A DNA stretch of 64,000 nucleotides. It comes from Methanotrichaceae archaeon (GTDB lineage: Archaea; Halobacteriota; Methanosarcinia; Methanotrichales; Methanotrichaceae). Positions 31,781-42,738 of this stretch are shown in pieces. Each line of letters begins with the position of its first letter. The stretch's first letter is position 1. The position numbers were made by a program, and so were the translations under genes. The stretch covers positions 67,648 to 131,647 of the forward strand of contig CAWEXU010000010.1 in the NCBI GenBank assembly GCA_963813075.1. The letters run 5' to 3'. Below the pieces are notes generated by a model. The model had not been told where the DNA came from and ran no database searches. It was given only the letters and a program-made list of their open reading frames with translations.

Positions 31781-32197
31781 ATGAATCGAGAAGCATTCCA
31801 GGAATTAGCCTTGATAAGGCGGAAGGAATCAGAAGCTCTGCTCGAAGAGGGATGCTGGGATGGAGCATATTATCTCTGCGGATATGCAATAGAATGTGCG
31901 CTCAAGGCATGTATATCAAAAAAGACGAAAGAGAATGACTTTCCCCCGCCCAGATCAACTATCGAAAAATACTATACCCATAATCTAAAGCTCCTAATGG
32001 AATCTGCTGGGCTAATTGTTCAGTTAAAACAGGATATGAAGAGCGACAGAGAGTTGGAAATTAACTGGCTTACGATAGCGGCATGGAATGAGTCGTGCCG
32101 ATATGAGAAACATGGCAAAAGCGAAGCCAAAGACCTTCATTTGGCGGTAACAGATCCCAACCATGGTGTCCTGAGATGGCTAAAACAGCATTGGTAG
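31781..32197 (+). CDS. HEPN-like domain protein
   Basis: GAYYLCGYAIECALKA, THNL and WNESCRY motifs. Confidence 0.75.
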   Translation: MNREAFQELALIRRKESEALLEEGCWDGAYYLCGYAIECALKACISKKTKENDFPPPRSTIEKYYTHNLKLLMESAGLIVQLKQDMKSDRELEINWLTIAAWNESCRYEKHGKSEAKDLHLAVTDPNHGVLRWLKQHW

Positions 32198-32550
32198 ATA
32201 AGTATATAAATGACGGAAGATTGCTGATATCCGCTCTTGATAAAGAAGGCTTTCTGATAGACACAGCCATGTGGTTTTATTCTGAAGAGCTGGATGATTG
32301 GCAGCTTGTTGTCGCCACCCAGCTAGTTGATCAGATCGGTCTGCGAGAAACCCTGAGAAGAGCGCAATCGGTCCTGAGAGAGATGAGCGCAACTTCATTA
32401 TCACTATCCGATATATCTATCTTGAGCCCTCAGAGCAGTCTGATTAATGCTATAAAGAGCACTGTTCGACGGTCAAAGAATGTGGTTCTCAAAGGAACCG
32501 TTGCAGACGGCATTCTTGTCAACGATGCCTACGTGTATTGCGCAGCTTGA
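32176..32550 (+). CDS. Hypothetical protein, overlapping partner of the HEPN-like gene
   Basis: Start overlaps the upstream gene's end; AMWFYSEELDDWQLVVAT...DAYVY. Confidence 0.7.
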   Translation: MAKTALVDKYINDGRLLISALDKEGFLIDTAMWFYSEELDDWQLVVATQLVDQIGLRETLRRAQSVLREMSATSLSLSDISILSPQSSLINAIKSTVRRSKNVVLKGTVADGILVNDAYVYCAA

Positions 32551-32789
32551 AATGGAAAGCCAGCGGGTGCTCGCATTTTAATATTTTTTGAATCTGTTGT
32601 CTGCACTCTCAGAACCCTGCTTCCTCTGCCCGACATCCCCCCGGGGCTCGCTGGTGGATCGTGCATGGGTGCCATCTGGCGATACGGCATGGCATCGCAC
32701 CTATTACATGCCTCCCCCGCCGCTGCCATCGCCTTTTACGATCCGCATCTCGGGGCGGTGGTGGGGCCACGCACAGCCGGGAGTGGGGG

Positions 32790-33012
32790 GCGGGGCAGGT
32801 AGCAGATGTGACCCTGCCGTTAGAGAAATATGGCGAAGCATCTTGATTTGCCGGGCAACTGGCAGTTCAAACGGGCCACCGCTTGTAGAATATTAGCGCC
32901 TATATATCGCTACCCATCGACGGCTCGCCCCGACTGTATCCAAGCCACCCCGGCGTTGAGGGGACCAGGGCACTACCGCGTTTAGCCGCGGCGCCCACTG
33001 AAAAACAGCCTT
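32790..33012 (+). repeat. Copy 4 of the island direct repeat
   Basis: GTATCCAAGCCACCCCGGCGTTGAGGGGACCAGGGCACTACCGCGTTTAGCCGCGGCGCCCACTGAAAA. Confidence 0.9.
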
Positions 33013-33350
33013 CATGGATTACTATTAGCCTTAATCCAGTCCATATCCATTAAATTGACAAAAGAAATGTCTGGAGGCCGTCAGAACCAATGCCCCCTCA
33101 CATGTATATGGGAACTTCCCATTTGCTCTGCAAATCCCTTGGCGCCTTCTTCTTTGACCATGCCGGATAGACCAAAATATTGCCCTGTTCATCCTCTTCA
33201 TGGACCATCTGCCCTTTTTGTTCATTTTCGTCTTCATCTGCCATTTCCCATCCCTCGGATCTTGACAGCCGATCGATGATCTATTCCTCGACCAAGCATT
33301 TATTAGTTTTGAGGATAAAGATAGATCAATTAAATTCTCTGGTGAATCAT

Positions 33351-34079
33351 ATGAAATTTGTCTCCCGGGTATTACAGGTCATAAAGAGGACCAATAGCGT
33401 AAAGTCCATTCGCTTTGAAAAGCCGGAACACTTCAGCTATCTTCCCGGCCAGTGGACCTTCCTGGTCTTCGGCGAAAAGTCCGATCGGCTTATGAAACCC
33501 TTATCCTTCTCAAGCAGCCCCACAGAAGACTATCTGGAGGTCACAAAGAAGCTGACCGGCCTGAGGTTCTCTGAGCTCATAGACGATATAAAGGTCGGAG
33601 ACACCCTTTCGCTGGACGGCCCCTATGGGAACTTCTCATTTCTGGGCGAGCATGATAAGGTCTGCATGCTATCAGGAGGGATAGGAATCACCCCTTTGAT
33701 TAGCATGATCAAGTTCTGCACCGATAAGAAAATGAGCACAGACATAACCCTGCTCTACTCCAACCGCAATGAGGATGAAGTCGCCTTCGAGGATGAACTG
33801 GTTGAGATGCAGAGAGCCAATCCCCGCCTGGCGGTCAATATGACCATCACCAACCCCAGCCCGGAATGGAAAGGCCTCTCGGGCCGGGTGAACGCAGAGA
33901 TGATAAAGAGCACCGTGCCCCAATGGGCGGACAGGGTCTACTATGTCAGCGGCCCCCAGCCAATGGTCGAATCGATGACCGCCCTCTTAAAGGAGATGGG
34001 ACTTGACCAGAGTCAAATCAAACACGAATACTTTACCGGATACAAGGGACCGAACACAGGAGAAGAGCTGGTGGGGTAA
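33351..34079 (+). CDS. Ferredoxin-NADP reductase-like FAD/NAD(P)-binding oxidoreductase
   Basis: PGQW, PLSFSSSP, GPYGNF, SGGIGITP and YVSGP motifs. Confidence 0.9.
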   Translation: MKFVSRVLQVIKRTNSVKSIRFEKPEHFSYLPGQWTFLVFGEKSDRLMKPLSFSSSPTEDYLEVTKKLTGLRFSELIDDIKVGDTLSLDGPYGNFSFLGEHDKVCMLSGGIGITPLISMIKFCTDKKMSTDITLLYSNRNEDEVAFEDELVEMQRANPRLAVNMTITNPSPEWKGLSGRVNAEMIKSTVPQWADRVYYVSGPQPMVESMTALLKEMGLDQSQIKHEYFTGYKGPNTGEELVG

Positions 34080-34108
34080 AATCTTTCGATAGAATCCTTC
34101 ATCCCTTT

Positions 34109-35023
34109 TCACTTTTCCCTTCCACTTATTTCCCTTTCACTACTTTCCCCTTCCTTCTCCCTGATCCGGGCATTGATCACCCGGTCCGACCTCTGCAGGG
34201 CCTCATGGGTCCCACCGTAATGAAGGGCCGCATCCCTCATCATCTGCTTGAAGCCCTCCATATCCCCAGCATCCGCTTTTTCGCACAGCCGCATGCACTC
34301 GGACACAAAAGCCTGCCGGGCAGCAGTCGCTTTGGGATTCATCTGAATGGAGGCATAAAGCTCCGGATTCTGGTCCAGGATCCGGCCCACAAAGTCGATC
34401 ATGATCTCATAGACCGGAGACATGAACCGGTGCGACCTTTGCACATCAAAGTCCAGGGCCTTCAGGGCCGCACCGATACTGATATAGGCGAAATGGGTGA
34501 GCGCCTGCACCACCGCCATGATCTGGTCATGCTCTTCCGCCTCCAGGATTTCGATTTTAGCACCGTCTGACTGGAAGAGGGACCTGATCACCTCAAGCCA
34601 CTTTCCCGTCTTCCCCTCCACCGGGGTGAAGATGATCGTCTGGCCGGATAGAGAGGGCATGGTGGGCCCGAACATGGGATGGGTGCCCAGCACCTCCACC
34701 CCCTTGGGAGCATAGGTCTTCATCGCCCTCACCGGCCCGGACTTGACCGAGGTCACATCCATGATCAGGCTGCCGGAATGCATGCGAGGGGCAACCTGGC
34801 GGATCACCTCCACCGTCTTCTCAATGAGAACGCTCACTAAGACCACATCGCTCTCTTCCACCTCAGCCATCATATCATGGGCATAGCGCACTCCCAGACG
34901 TTCGGCTACCTCCACCCGCCCGCTCGGCCCCCAGATCGCCACCTCCCATCCCTTTGATTTGAAATAGCGGGCAAACCAGGAACCCGTCTCCCCAGTCCCG
35001 CCCAGAATCAGTATGCGCACCAT
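34109..35023 (-). CDS. tyrA: Prephenate dehydrogenase
   Basis: ILGGTG, DVTSVK, THPMFGP and EHDQIMAVVQALTH motifs. Confidence 0.94.
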   Translation of the reverse strand: MVRILILGGTGETGSWFARYFKSKGWEVAIWGPSGRVEVAERLGVRYAHDMMAEVEESDVVLVSVLIEKTVEVIRQVAPRMHSGSLIMDVTSVKSGPVRAMKTYAPKGVEVLGTHPMFGPTMPSLSGQTIIFTPVEGKTGKWLEVIRSLFQSDGAKIEILEAEEHDQIMAVVQALTHFAYISIGAALKALDFDVQRSHRFMSPVYEIMIDFVGRILDQNPELYASIQMNPKATAARQAFVSECMRLCEKADAGDMEGFKQMMRDAALHYGGTHEALQRSDRVINARIREKEGESSEREISGREK

Positions 35024-35051
35024 CTTCCCGCCCCCGTTCTCGTCTCCCATA

Positions 35052-35909
35052 TCATCCCCTGCTTTCCCTCTGCCTCCGCTCCTCCAGGCTCTCCCTGACC
35101 GCCCTCTCCATCACATCCACCGGAGCCTTCCTGCCCGTCCAGATCTCAAAGGCTGCTGCACCCTGATAGACCAGCATCATCACTCCATCGATGGCCAACG
35201 CCCCAGCGGACCGAGCATCCCTGAGAAGCTCCGTCTCCCGGTTGTAGACGATATCAAAGACGACTTGATGGCTCTTCAAAAGATGGCCGTCGATTATCCT
35301 CCCGTCTCCCTCTCTCATCCCCACCGAGGTGGCATTGATGATCACATCCGCCTGGCCGACCAGCCGGTCCAGATCGCACAGGCAATAGCCCATAGCTCCC
35401 AACGAGGCAGCCAGCTCATGAGCCCTCTTTAGGTTCCGGTTGGCAATGGAGATCTCCGCCCCCTCCCGGTCAAGAGCATAAGCCACCGCCCTTGCTGCCC
35501 CTCCCGCGCCTATCAATAAAACCCGGCTGCCTTTAACCCTGACTCCGGCATCCTGCAGAGCCAACAGAGCCCCCCGGCCATCGGTATTATGGCCCAGGAT
35601 CCTGTTTTTAGCCCCCTCATCCCCTGCCACCCCGGAGAAGGATACGGTGTTCACCGCTCCAATGGCTCGGGCCAGATCATCTGCCTCCAGAAATTCCAGG
35701 TTCAAAGCCTCCTCTTTAAGAGGAATGGTCAGATTCAACCCGGCAAATCCCATAGCATCAGCGCCAATAATGGCATCAATAAGCCTATTCCGGCCCACGC
35801 GAAAGGCATGGTAGCAGCCATCCATGCCCAGAGCCCGAAAGGCGGCATTATGCATGGCAGGAGAGAGGCTATGCTCAATTGGATCGCCGAATATTCCGTA
35901 GATCTTCAT
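35052..35909 (-). CDS. aroE: Shikimate dehydrogenase
   Basis: HSLSPAMHN, NLTIPLKE, GAVNT, NTDG and GAGGAA motifs. Confidence 0.96.
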   Translation of the reverse strand: MKIYGIFGDPIEHSLSPAMHNAAFRALGMDGCYHAFRVGRNRLIDAIIGADAMGFAGLNLTIPLKEEALNLEFLEADDLARAIGAVNTVSFSGVAGDEGAKNRILGHNTDGRGALLALQDAGVRVKGSRVLLIGAGGAARAVAYALDREGAEISIANRNLKRAHELAASLGAMGYCLCDLDRLVGQADVIINATSVGMREGDGRIIDGHLLKSHQVVFDIVYNRETELLRDARSAGALAIDGVMMLVYQGAAAFEIWTGRKAPVDVMERAVRESLEERRQRESRG

Positions 35910-35993
35910 GTTTTCAGGTGCTCCATTGATTCAGATTCCCGGCCTGAATTATTAAGGATGACTTCAGATGCTCTACAGGATACTACAGATGCT

Positions 35994-37208
35994 CTACAGA
36001 ATGCCCCATACATGCAGGATATACCAGAGAACTCCCCCTGCCACGGCCCCAAAAGCGGTAGCTACCAGGTTCACCCCGTTATTGCTCAGGGTGCCCCGAC
36101 TCTGAAGGGTCGCCCCCAGGAGGCTATCGAAATTGGTTCCAAGGAGCCCTGCTGCCGCCCCAATAGCGATTCCAATTGATCCTGTCATCCCGGTGATCGC
36201 GGCCAGGATGCCGATGATCAGAGCGCCAATCAGGGACGCAGCCTCGCCAAGAAGCGTCACCCCACCATCCACACCGGGCTCAGTCTCCTTTAATGTGGTA
36301 ATCATCCTTGGCCTGGAACTGCTGGTCTCCCCGATCTCGCTGGCCAGAGTATCGCCATTGGCCGTGGCCACAGAGCCGACGAAGGCGTAAACGAATATGT
36401 CATTGCCGTAGACGCCATAGAATACCGCCATGGCCAGCGGCACCAGGCTGTTGCTGAAGACATTCTTGTAGCCTCGCGCTCCCCCATGAGACTGAGCTAT
36501 CCCCAGCTTCTCCTTTTTGGCATATCCGTAACGAGTGAACCCGCCACCCATCAGATAGAAGACCAAAAGGAGCAGAAACCAGTTCATGCCGGCGAAGATT
36601 ATCACCAGGAATCCAACGATGGTTTCGCTGATCACGGCATTTGTGTCTGCCGCTTTGGCCCAGTAGGCGCCCACCCCGAGGAGGAGGGCGAAAAGGCATA
36701 TCAGTATGATGGTATGCAGCTCAGGAAATGGATAGCGGAAGGAGAAGAGCCACATCACCATCGCCGTGCCAAAGGGAACGGCAAAGTCCCTCATCCTGGA
36801 TGCGTGATTGAGAAATGTGCCGGAAAGCCCCCCCAGGACCGCCAGGAACATGGCGCTCTCTTTGGGAATGGTGCCCGCTGAGATCCAGATCGCGAGGGGA
36901 TAGCCCAGAGCCACAGTGATGAGTAGATGGACCAGGCTCCCTGTCAGGGATTCGAACCTCCGGAAGGCCAGAGAGGCAAAGGTGGAGGCCACAAATGAGA
37001 TAGCTATAACATATAAAGGAAGATCGATATTCACAATGGAGAGGATATATCTGGTTGCAAGAAGCAATCCAAGGGTCGCAGCAAGCAGACGGATGCTCTT
37101 TTCCAGAAGGAATACCGCCGCCAGAGGAATTAGAGTGAACGCCCCGGCATAAGGGAGAAGCAGTGCCATCAATCCTGTGGCCAGCCGGGCAGCGTCCTCG
37201 CGGTGCAT
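35994..37208 (-). CDS. DUF92/TIGR00297 membrane protein
   Basis: RGYKNVFSN, DTLASEIG, PGVDGGVT and DSLLGATLQ motifs. Confidence 0.9.
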   Translation of the reverse strand: MHREDAARLATGLMALLLPYAGAFTLIPLAAVFLLEKSIRLLAATLGLLLATRYILSIVNIDLPLYVIAISFVASTFASLAFRRFESLTGSLVHLLITVALGYPLAIWISAGTIPKESAMFLAVLGGLSGTFLNHASRMRDFAVPFGTAMVMWLFSFRYPFPELHTIILICLFALLLGVGAYWAKAADTNAVISETIVGFLVIIFAGMNWFLLLLVFYLMGGGFTRYGYAKKEKLGIAQSHGGARGYKNVFSNSLVPLAMAVFYGVYGNDIFVYAFVGSVATANGDTLASEIGETSSSRPRMITTLKETEPGVDGGVTLLGEAASLIGALIIGILAAITGMTGSIGIAIGAAAGLLGTNFDSLLGATLQSRGTLSNNGVNLVATAFGAVAGGVLWYILHVWGIL

Positions 37209-37271
37209 GAACTACAAACCAATTTCATCGCAAAAATACTTTGCCTATGGAAAACCAGTGGATGAATTGAT

Positions 37272-37884
37272 ATGATTCGCCGCCTTTATGAAAAGGGCCT
37301 GGAGATGGGCATATCCAAGGGCAGTCTCCCCGGCTGCATAGCCGTCGTCCTCAGCTCAGGCGATCTATCTGAAGAGGGCCTGGATAGGCTGAAGGAGATA
37401 ATCGAATGGAGCACGTCGATAGGTCTTGCCTCTTTGGTCCTTTATATCAATGATACGGAGCCCTCCCTCTGCCACAAGATCGCCGCCTCTTTGCGAAGCT
37501 CTCCAGCCCAAATCTCGTTGCACACCGCAGATGCAGATCTCTTCACAGGCTCCGGTGGGAAGATTGAAGGTAGCAGTCTCCTTGGGCTACGGGGGAAAGA
37601 GAGAGGTAACAGAAGCATTTCGAGATCTGCTCCATGAGGTGGAGGAGGGAAGGATGAATCCCGATGAGATCGATGAAAAGGCGATAGAATCTCGACTCCG
37701 CTTCAGCCAAAAGCCGGATCTGGTGATAAGGGCAGGAGGAAAGCAGCTGAGCGATTTCATGATCTGGCAGGCGGCCTATTCGGAGCTTTATTTCACCGAT
37801 GTCAACTGGCCCAGGCTGCGCAAGATAGATTTTCTCCGTGCGATCAGAGACTATCAGGGGCGGGAGAGGCGCTTCGGCCGCTGA
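37272..37884 (+). CDS. cis-prenyltransferase (undecaprenyl diphosphate synthase) family protein, frameshift at ~37560
   Basis: SLGYGGKRE, PDLVIRAGG, LSDFMIWQAAYSELYFTDVNW and RERRFGR motifs split over two frames. Confidence 0.85.
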
Positions 37885-38532
37885 TCAATCCCTATTTGGC
37901 CGGGGGATGTCCTTTGAGGAGAGAATGCAGAGAAACTGGGCGGGAACCTTCTCCGATATGACGATGTCATCGTTTACAGTCATCATCTTCACTCCGGCAT
38001 CTCTCGCCGGTGCAGCGTCCACCTGGATCACCCTGGGATTTCCAGTGCGATAGCCTGCCACCTCCCAGGCCTTCTCCGGGGTGGTGGAGAGGTGGACATA
38101 CCTCTGGGATGCGGACTTGAGTCCGATCTCCAGGATTCGGTCTGCCTCCTCCTCGCTCGCTCCGTAGTAAAGCCGTTCATGGCCGCTTTCCGGATGATCC
38201 AGCTCGATATCTATTGAATGGCCGTATCTGGCCCTGATTTTATGGTTTGAGATCTCATATCTCTGCTTGGGATCGGATTGGACAAGGGCGACCACCAGAT
38301 CTTTGTTGGCCCATCCATGCCTGTTTCCCACCACCTCTCCCAGCTTTGATAGGTCTACCCAGCCCTGGGAGTCCATTTCCAGCCCCAGATCGCGGGGAAA
38401 ATGTCTGAGGCCTCCCGCTACCAGTCTGCCCAGCTGTTCCGTCTTGGCCTCATCCAGAATAAGCTGACCGGCAAGGCCGCACTCACAATGCTCACCTCTG
38501 AAAAATCCATGCTGAGGGCAACGCTTGATCAT
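37885..38532 (-). CDS. kptA: RNA 2'-phosphotransferase (Tpt1/KptA)
   Basis: LRHFP, KQRYE, IRARYGHS and RYVHLS motifs. Confidence 0.94.
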   Translation of the reverse strand: MIKRCPQHGFFRGEHCECGLAGQLILDEAKTEQLGRLVAGGLRHFPRDLGLEMDSQGWVDLSKLGEVVGNRHGWANKDLVVALVQSDPKQRYEISNHKIRARYGHSIDIELDHPESGHERLYYGASEEEADRILEIGLKSASQRYVHLSTTPEKAWEVAGYRTGNPRVIQVDAAPARDAGVKMMTVNDDIVISEKVPAQFLCILSSKDIPRPNRD

Positions 38533-38646
38533 CAGTAGACCTCCTCTGCCATCATGAAAAGCCTTTCGCTAGATATAGCTGACTCTTTTGCAGTTGAAGA
38601 TGATAGAGAAGAAAGCCTCAAATATATCCGACTCGAATAAACCATT

Positions 38647-38877
38647 ATGGCCGGTTCGAAGGATGTCGAGAAGAGAATATGCCGGATGCTCGATATGGAT
38701 GAGGAGGAGCTGATGGCCGAGCTGGAAAGGTCTTTTATTTTGTCCGATGGCTGCGACGAGAGGATCTCAAGCAGCCTGGAAGATATGATGCAAGAGGTGG
38801 ACAGGCTACTCTTAAAGCTGGATGAGCTGGAAGAGAATGAGCCCGATACCGGTGACATGGAGTCAAATCAGGGGTAA
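38647..38877 (+). CDS. Small acidic hypothetical protein
   Basis: ATG-initiated ORF abutting mptA. Confidence 0.55.
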   Translation: MAGSKDVEKRICRMLDMDEEELMAELERSFILSDGCDERISSSLEDMMQEVDRLLLKLDELEENEPDTGDMESNQG

Positions 38878-39825
38878 ATGCAAATGGATTCTCTTCCCGA
38901 TATTCAGGCCTGCGAGCCAGACTATCCCTTCAATCTGACCAGAGTGGGCGTAACAGGGGTCAAGAAGCTGATTAAGGTCGAGCGGGGAAGCGAAGAGAGG
39001 CCTGTGGTCCTCATATCCAATTTCGAGGTTTTCGTCGACCTCCCTTCGGACCGCAAAGGCGCCAACCTCTCCCGGAACTTCGAGGCCATAGACGAGGTCT
39101 TGGAGGACGCCATAAACCGTCCGGTCTATGTGATCGAGGAGCTGTGCGGAGAGATCGCCAAAAGGCTCCTTGCCCGGCATGAGTATGCATCCCGAGCAGA
39201 GGTGAAGATGAAGAGCGAGTATATCGTTCGCAGACAGACCCCCTTCACCAAGGTCACCTGCCAGGAGGTAGTGGACATATTCGCTGAGGCGGTGGCAAGA
39301 GCTGGCCCCACCGGCTACCTGAGAAAGACGGTGGGGGCAGAGGTCATGGGAATGACTGCCTGCCCCTGTGCTCAGGAGATCATGAAGGATCAGGCTAAAG
39401 GTGAGTTGATCAAGGCGGGCCTCTCTGAGGATGTGGCTCTGGATGTTTTGAGCCGGTTGCCTGTGGCCACCCATAACCAGCGGGGCAGAGGCAGCATCTC
39501 GGTCGAGGTGCGCGATCGGCGATGCGTCTCCATCGACAGGATCATCAAGATCATCGAGGAGTCCATGAGCTCCAAGGTTTACGGCCTGCTTAAGAGGCCG
39601 GATGAGGCATTGGTGGTTAGCCGGGCGCACAACAATCCCAAGTTCGTGGAGGACTGCGTCAGGACCATGGCCCAGAAGACGGTCGAAGCCTTCAGCGATC
39701 TGCCTGATGATGCTGCAGTAACGCTCAAGCAGATCAATGAGGAGAGCATCCACCAGCATAATGCTTTCGCTGAGAGAACCGCCACCATGGGCGAGCTGCG
39801 AGCGGAGCTGGCCTGCCTGAAGTGA
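38878..39825 (+). CDS. mptA: GTP cyclohydrolase MptA
   Basis: [34 protein letters not shown] and ESIHQH motifs. Confidence 0.95.
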   Translation: MQMDSLPDIQACEPDYPFNLTRVGVTGVKKLIKVERGSEERPVVLISNFEVFVDLPSDRKGANLSRNFEAIDEVLEDAINRPVYVIEELCGEIAKRLLARHEYASRAEVKMKSEYIVRRQTPFTKVTCQEVVDIFAEAVARAGPTGYLRKTVGAEVMGMTACPCAQEIMKDQAKGELIKAGLSEDVALDVLSRLPVATHNQRGRGSISVEVRDRRCVSIDRIIKIIEESMSSKVYGLLKRPDEALVVSRAHNNPKFVEDCVRTMAQKTVEAFSDLPDDAAVTLKQINEESIHQHNAFAERTATMGELRAELACLK

Positions 39826-40586
39826 TTATTATGGAAATTGACAAGATTGCCGGTCCCCTCCGCAAGGTGCTGCGGGAGAGGGAGATCATTGCCCGGTGCG
39901 AGCTCTTGCTCCGCACCTATGATATCGTCAGGGCAGCGGATTTGAGCGAAGAGGAGCGAGAGGATCTGCACAAAATCGTGGGCAAGAAGATAGCTCCAGG
40001 AATCTTCGCCAGCATCATGAGCAAAGAGCCAGCTTTTTTCGATCTGCCCAGGCTTGATACATTCACCCAGATGGATGGGCGGATATTTCACTTCCTGCAC
40101 ACAAAAAAGTATAGCAAGCAGGACTTCGCCGAGGCCAACCGCAAATTTCTCAATTCGATCCCGGAGCTAAAGACGATTATGCGCCAGAGTCTGACCAGCC
40201 TCCTGGTGGAGTTCATGACCGAAGCTGGATACAGCCTGACCTCAGAGAAACCTGAGGAGCTGCTCTTCAGCGCGCGGGATAGGAAGGTCAGGGCCTTTGT
40301 GGCCACCAGCGTCAATTCCCTGGATCTCGATAAATGCTGGGGTGAAGAGGGCGAGGACGTGGTGGTCCTGGTTCCCAGCGGAGAGAACCTTGAGCCTTTT
40401 GTGCAGTTCTACCGGCAGAATGGCCGGACGGCTGAGGATAAAGAGATTCAGATCTGGGTGACGAACATGGAGAAGGGCAGCATAGATCCCTTTGTGGGCT
40501 ACACCACGGACCTTGACATTTACAATCTGTTTGAAAATCCGCGCCTGGCGGAGATGGTGAGAAACAACTGGAGCCGAAGGGAGTAG
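39822..40586 (+). CDS. Conserved hypothetical protein
   Basis: 254-aa ORF overlapping the mptA stop; host-like codon usage. Confidence 0.75.
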   Translation: MIIMEIDKIAGPLRKVLREREIIARCELLLRTYDIVRAADLSEEEREDLHKIVGKKIAPGIFASIMSKEPAFFDLPRLDTFTQMDGRIFHFLHTKKYSKQDFAEANRKFLNSIPELKTIMRQSLTSLLVEFMTEAGYSLTSEKPEELLFSARDRKVRAFVATSVNSLDLDKCWGEEGEDVVVLVPSGENLEPFVQFYRQNGRTAEDKEIQIWVTNMEKGSIDPFVGYTTDLDIYNLFENPRLAEMVRNNWSRRE

Positions 40587-40815
40587 AAAAAAGCCTGCAA
40601 GGTGCTGATAACCACTTTACAGAGGAGCCTGGAGGATGCAAAGCGTCAATCGCACAACCCTCTCCAATTCCGATTTTTCCTGTCGAACCTGATGACAGAA
40701 TATTATTATTATAAACTAGATGACTTCCAGATACCAGTTCCAAAGCAAGTATTAAATAGATTGAACGCATTAAATCTAGATCGACAGATTTAAAGTTGAT
40801 TGGGAGTGGGGTATA

Positions 40816-42491
40816 ATGAAGCGCAAAATAAAGTATTATCTATCTGCATTAGCAGTGTTCCTGATTATCACGAGCACTGCCACAGCTCTGGTCGGAGATG
40901 TGGGCGATCTTGACCTAAACACTCAGCCGGACCGGAGCCAGTCAGGCACAGCCTCGGAGAATAGCGTTGATCGGCTATCGGATATTGAAGGGACCGGCCA
41001 GGTGGAAGCTTATATTCCTTACCAGGGGAGTCATCATCATTAAATCAAGCACCCTCGATCGGCGGCCCGGTCAAGGATCGGTTGACTGCCGATGCAATCG
41101 GCCTCTCTATTCCCCAGGCGGAGAGCTATACTCCTGATGAGAGCCTGAACTTCGTCTCATATCCAATTCAGGAGAAGACTGCGCCCTCTGCCTACGGCCA
41201 GGGGGATTCTGCACTGCCAGACTTTGAGGCCGGCTATGTCCCCAGCAGAACCACCGGCCAGGACCCCGACCTGGCCACAGGCTCAGCAGCTAACTGGTAC
41301 TATCCCGGCCTGGTCCGTTCCTCAAACCGGTTCTATGTCCAGACCGCCTCTGGCCTTGACACCGTGGCAGGATGCAGCTACAAGGGCTATCTACCCCTCT
41401 GGGCGGACATCAAATCAAAGGGCAACTTCTTCGTCTATGAGTGGTATCCTGGCGAATCGGCTCCTCTGGTAAGGTCCTGGGGCTGGGCTGGAGAGGGCTA
41501 TAAGAAGGGCTGGTTTACTGGTGATGTTCCCGGCTGGCATATAATCTGCTACCACTGTGGTGCCTGGTCCAACTACATCTACATCTACGTCTATCCCTCC
41601 ATGCATCCTTCTGTCCCGTCTTCCTCATCATCCGGCTACCTGGCGGGAGATGGTGCCCCTATCCAGCCATCTGTTCAGCCCACAATTCAGCCTTCCATTC
41701 AACCTTCTATTCAGCCCACATTCAGCCTTCTCATTCAGCCTTCTATTCAGCCTTCTATTCAGCCCTCTATTCAGCCTTCTATTCAGCCAACTCTGCCTGC
41801 AGGCGCACCAACACCGCCTGACATCTATTCCGAACCGCTTGCACTCACACTTCCTGATTATAATATGTACCAGCCAGCAGCCGGCCAGGCGGGAAGAGCA
41901 GGCTACATTGGAAGCTCTTCTCCAGGGAGCCCGACTCCCGCCGCAGTCGCGATGTACCCCGCCCAGGGATATGTTAAAGGAGGGGATGGAAAACCCTCCA
42001 CCGCCAGGACGACCACCACCTGCACCACATCCACTATGATCGCTGAAGGGGTCTATGCCAGCTGCCCCTATCTGGATGAGAGCGGCTGCTGCCCGGATGA
42101 GGAGATCTCAGAGGTTATTGATGCCCCGAACAAATACAAATCCAAGCACAGCAAGGCAGTATATCCAAAGCCGTCCACCTGCAAGTGCAACGAGTACTAT
42201 GTCTTATCCTGCCAGGGGGATATCGATACCGTGGCAGGCGTGTATTGCGATGAGTGGATCCCGCTCTGGTCAAAGATAAGCCGCTCCGGAGAGTACTGGT
42301 CTTACGAATGGAAGGTCTGCCACAGCACGAGTGGTAAGGGCTGCAATCCCGAGGTCAGAGATTTCGGCTACAAGAAAGCAGGCTGGTATCAGACCTGGTT
42401 TAAGGGAAGCGAGCCTGGCTGGCACATCCTGAGCTACCACTGCAACGATTGGTCCAACTACGTCTATGTCTATGTCTGGCCGGCCAATTAG
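40816..42491 (+). CDS. Secreted protein with two Trp/Tyr/Cys-rich domains and a QPSI-repeat linker; frameshift between ~40990 and 41040
   Basis: Signal peptide in 40816-41043; duplicated DTVAG...PLW...YEW...PGWHI..YHC..WSNY.Y.YV domain. Confidence 0.7.
41661..41790 (+). repeat. 12-bp coding tandem repeat (CAGCCTTCTATT, QPSI), about 10 copies
   Basis: Directly visible in the sequence. Confidence 0.9.
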
Positions 42492-42516
42492 GTCATCCTG
42501 GCGATCTGGAGCGGAA

Positions 42517-42711
42517 ATGAAGATCAATATGCCGGATGGAAGCAAGATAGAACTGGCAGGGAAAAGTGGTCGCATCGAGGATATACTTAATGAGCTTGAG
42601 ATCAACTCTGAGGAGGTAATAGTGGCCAAGAACGGGCGAATAGTGGCGGAAGAGGAGACGGCTGGCGGCTCAGATGAGTTGAAGATAGTGCGAATAGTTC
42701 ATGGCGGCTAG
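42517..42711 (+). CDS. ThiS/MoaD-like ubiquitin-fold sulfur carrier (SAMP-like)
   Basis: VIVAKNG motif; C-terminal VHGG. Confidence 0.85.
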   Translation: MKINMPDGSKIELAGKSGRIEDILNELEINSEEVIVAKNGRIVAEEETAGGSDELKIVRIVHGG

Positions 42712-42738
42712 ATCGATCCTCTGGAGAATCCTTTTTCT

